Below, in pieces: positions 63,290 to 64,000 of a stretch of DNA of 64,000 nucleotides. Position numbers and translations under genes: made by a program. The stretch comes from Camelus ferus (taxonomy: Eukaryota). How positions within the stretch are numbered: position 1 is the first letter of the stretch; each line of letters starts with the position of its first letter. Location of the stretch: contig NC_045696.1 of assembly GCF_009834535.1 (NCBI RefSeq), positions 25,236,001-25,300,000 of the forward strand, given 5' to 3'. The notes beneath the pieces are model-generated. The model ran no database searches. It worked only from the letters and a program-made list of their open reading frames with translations, and was not told where the DNA came from.

Positions 63290-64000
63290 TAGTTCTCCTG
63301 GAGACAGTGTGCTCTTAATGATTTTGTCAAGAGGTCTTTGTGTCTTCGCCCTGTTTCGCGAACTCAGCTTGCTGTTTTCAGAGGCCCTCTGTTGGTGCCC
63401 TCGTCTGTGCTGCTCCCAGTGGCTGTTAGCTAGTAGGTCATGCCCCCTCCTAACACTGGGTCAGGAGCTGAGCTCTTATCTGGTGGGCGGGTGGGTCATC
63501 CCCCTCCCAATGCCCTAGTCACATGCTGCGCTGTGGGGAGGCAGGTGGGTGGATCGTGCCCTCTCCCAGCACCATGGTCAGGTGCTGTGTTCATGCCAGG
63601 AAGGCAGTTGGCCGCCCGCCCTCTCCCGGCGCTGGTTGCTCTGCTGCTCTGTGCAGCTGCCCACTCCACCTTCGGGTGGACACTCAGAAGGCGGGCTCAG
63701 GGAAGACTGCAGAATGACCCCGCCCCTGCTCCGTGCCAAATCTCAGCTCCTTGTTTGTCTTGGCGGCGCAAGTTCTCTGAGGTGCCAGGGCAGAAAGATC
63801 CTATCTGCCTCAGGCTGTAAACAAGTCTCAGTCCTGCCTAGGAGGTTGCAGAGCCCCTGGGTGTGGATTCAGGTCTTGGCCCCTCCCCCATCAGGGCACT
63901 GGGCACAGGAGGAGATGGCGGCTGTGGCTGAGCCCTGCCTCTCTTCTTCCGAGATGCACTAATAATGGCAGCACAGGTCTGAGGAGAAAAAGACTACGGC
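63290..64000 (-). promoter_or_regulatory. L1 5'UTR (internal Pol II promoter region), partial
   Basis: The only strongly GC/CpG-rich segment of the window, directly upstream of ORF1. Confidence 0.75.

Larger units (their letters stand above)
61535..64000 (-). mobile_element. lineage-specific L1 with 5'UTR, ORF1 and 3' end but ORF2 almost entirely deleted; runs off the window
   Basis: T-rich tail at about 61535; 3'UTR; ORF2 C-terminus to 62214; inter-ORF spacer 62215-62350; ORF1 62351-63251; GC/CpG-rich 5'UTR beyond. Confidence 0.95.

Noticed and set aside
62772..63962. Cluster of plus-strand ORFs of 64-137 aa
   Set aside because: Antisense to L1 ORF1 and the GC-rich 5'UTR, where stop codons are scarce; no evidence of an ORF0-like product
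1..64000. Prokaryote-style novel system (operon, CRISPR array, defence island)
   Set aside because: The sequence is mammalian, with no long ORFs and no regularly spaced repeat-spacer array
63290..64000. CpG-island promoter of a host gene
   Set aside because: Contiguous with L1 ORF1 and explained as the L1 5'UTR

Overview
This is AT-rich, repeat-dense mammalian genomic DNA, not microbial. It is most likely camelid (alpaca/llama/camel), because two tRNA-derived SINEs resemble the camelid vic-1 family and the young L1 3' ends are of cetartiodactyl type. I recognise no intact cellular protein-coding gene, tRNA, rRNA or CRISPR array. The only ORF-track entries with recognisable homology are decayed LINE-1 ORF1/ORF2 pieces. 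Much of the window is interspersed repeat: L1, L2, MIR, MLT1/MLT2/LTR16/MER21 LTRs, ERV1-type solo LTRs, hAT-Charlie DNA transposons and microsatellites. The clearest structural oddity is a minus-strand L1 at 61535-64000 that keeps its 5'UTR, ORF1 and 3' end but lacks almost all of ORF2 (half-L1 architecture). Weaker signals in unique sequence are a CCAAT/octamer/TATA promoter-like module near 29.4-29.7 kb, several candidate exons (possibly an unannotated lncRNA), a CpG-retaining twin hairpin near 58.7 kb, and a few enhancer-like motif clusters. Repeat family names come from recalled consensus sequences, not a database search, and old-repeat boundaries are approximate. I cannot support a novel biological system from this sequence alone.
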